A stretch of 64,000 nt of DNA, from contig CAWFQK010000004.1 of NCBI GenBank assembly GCA_963817955.1, positions 384,001 through 448,000 on the forward strand, written 5' to 3'. Source of the stretch: an uncultured Gemmatimonadaceae bacterium. Lineage in GTDB: Bacteria; Gemmatimonadota; Gemmatimonadetes; Gemmatimonadales; Gemmatimonadaceae. How positions within the stretch are numbered: the stretch's first letter is position 1; every line of letters begins with the position of its first letter. Below, one piece after another: positions 63,186 through 64,000 of this stretch. Both the position numbers and the translations under genes were made by a program. The notes below the pieces were generated by a model. It did not search any database. It had not been told where the DNA came from and worked only from the letters and a program-made list of their open reading frames with translations.

Positions 63186-63214
63186 TTGTAAAGCGAGCAG
63201 GAGAACGGTAGAAT
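63186..63214 (+). promoter_or_regulatory. Putative sigma70 promoter for lpxH
   Basis: TTGTAA-17 bp-TAGAAT, ending 6 bp before the GTG start. Confidence 0.6.
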
Positions 63215-63220
63215 TCGCGC

Positions 63221-64000
63221 GTGCTCAACACGCCCTGTTATATCATGTCCGACGCCCACCTCGGGTTCGCTCCCGACGACGTGGAGCGCGCAGTCGTATC
63301 GTTCTTGCGCCACGTGGCGAGGCACGGCAGTTCGCTGGTGGTGAACGGCGATCTCTTCGAGTTCTGGTTCGAGTGGAAATCGGTGATCCCTCGCCGCGGA
63401 TTCCGTGCGCTGGCCGCGCTCGCCGATGTCGTGGACGCAGGCGTGCCCGTTCTGATGATCGCCGGCAACCACGACTGCTGGGGCGGTGACGTGCTTCGGA
63501 ACGACATTGGAGTAAACTACCAAGTCAGGCCGTGGACGGGCGACATCGGGGGATGGCATACACGCGTCGAGCACGGAGATGGACTGCGGCCGCAGGAAGA
63601 CAAGAAATACCGTATGATCCGGCACCTGCTGCGCAATCGGCTGGCGATCCGCGCGTTCCGCTGGCTGCATCCCGACCTCGCGACGCCGCTGGCTACGCAC
63701 AGTTCGCATGCGAGCCGCACGTATGCCGCGCGGGATGGGGGGCGCGGGTTGCGTGACGCCGCGGAGCGCACTGCAGTGGCGAATCGCTCGCTCGAACTGA
63801 TAGTGTTTGGTCACTCTCACGTGCCGACGCTCGAGCGCTTACCGAGCGGCGCGGCGTACGGAAATCCCGGATCGTGGCTCGACGCACCCACGTTCCTACG
63901 CGTCACCCCGGAGCGCATAGCGCTTCGTCGTTGGAATGGTTCAGCCGAGAGTGCGGATCTCGACACCCTCGATCGTCCCGCCGAGGAACCGTTGGCCTAG
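63221..64000 (+). CDS. lpxH: UDP-2,3-diacylglucosamine diphosphatase (LpxH-like metallophosphoesterase)
   Basis: SDAHLG, GDLFEFWFE, GNHD, HGDGL, FGHSH, NPGSW. Confidence 0.85.
   Translation: MLNTPCYIMSDAHLGFAPDDVERAVVSFLRHVARHGSSLVVNGDLFEFWFEWKSVIPRRGFRALAALADVVDAGVPVLMIAGNHDCWGGDVLRNDIGVNYQVRPWTGDIGGWHTRVEHGDGLRPQEDKKYRMIRHLLRNRLAIRAFRWLHPDLATPLATHSSHASRTYAARDGGRGLRDAAERTAVANRSLELIVFGHSHVPTLERLPSGAAYGNPGSWLDAPTFLRVTPERIALRRWNGSAESADLDTLDRPAEEPLA

Overview
GC-rich core-genome segment of a diderm bacterium; the 16S rRNA and gene content look like Gemmatimonadota (judged by eye, not searched). The window is organised around a 28-bp dif-like (XerCD) site at 6911-6938. A plus-strand glycosylation/dapF operon runs into it from the left. 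From the right, about 50 kb of genes run towards it on the minus strand (12578-63157: 44 CDS, one rRNA operon, 3 tRNAs). The minus-strand block holds apt-acyP-pcm-surE, gpsA-plsY-der-DUF512, larC-thrC-uvrC, murJ-bshC-rlmH-gdhA, a lipid A/outer-membrane operon (lpxK, lpxJ-like, lpxB, gnnA-like, lpxA, lpxC-fabZ fusion, lpxD, skp, bamA, lolDE) with mcsA-mcsB-clpC embedded in it, lysS, prfB (+1 frameshift), a GGDEF/zinc-ribbon pair, trm112, era, rrn, rdgB, rph, rfaE2 and lptE. Between dif and apt lies a small decaying accessory patch around tRNA-Arg(CCT): a ClC-CBS gene broken by a TTAA duplication, a Crp/Fnr remnant, an NMO-like gene and a dctA remnant. Non-coding highlights are a ~120-bp dispersed repeat in two copies, a degenerate 21-bp-period array inside the lpx operon, twin terminators and several sigma70-like promoters. 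I found no CRISPR array, prophage or intact transposase. All calls come from motif recognition; no database search was run.
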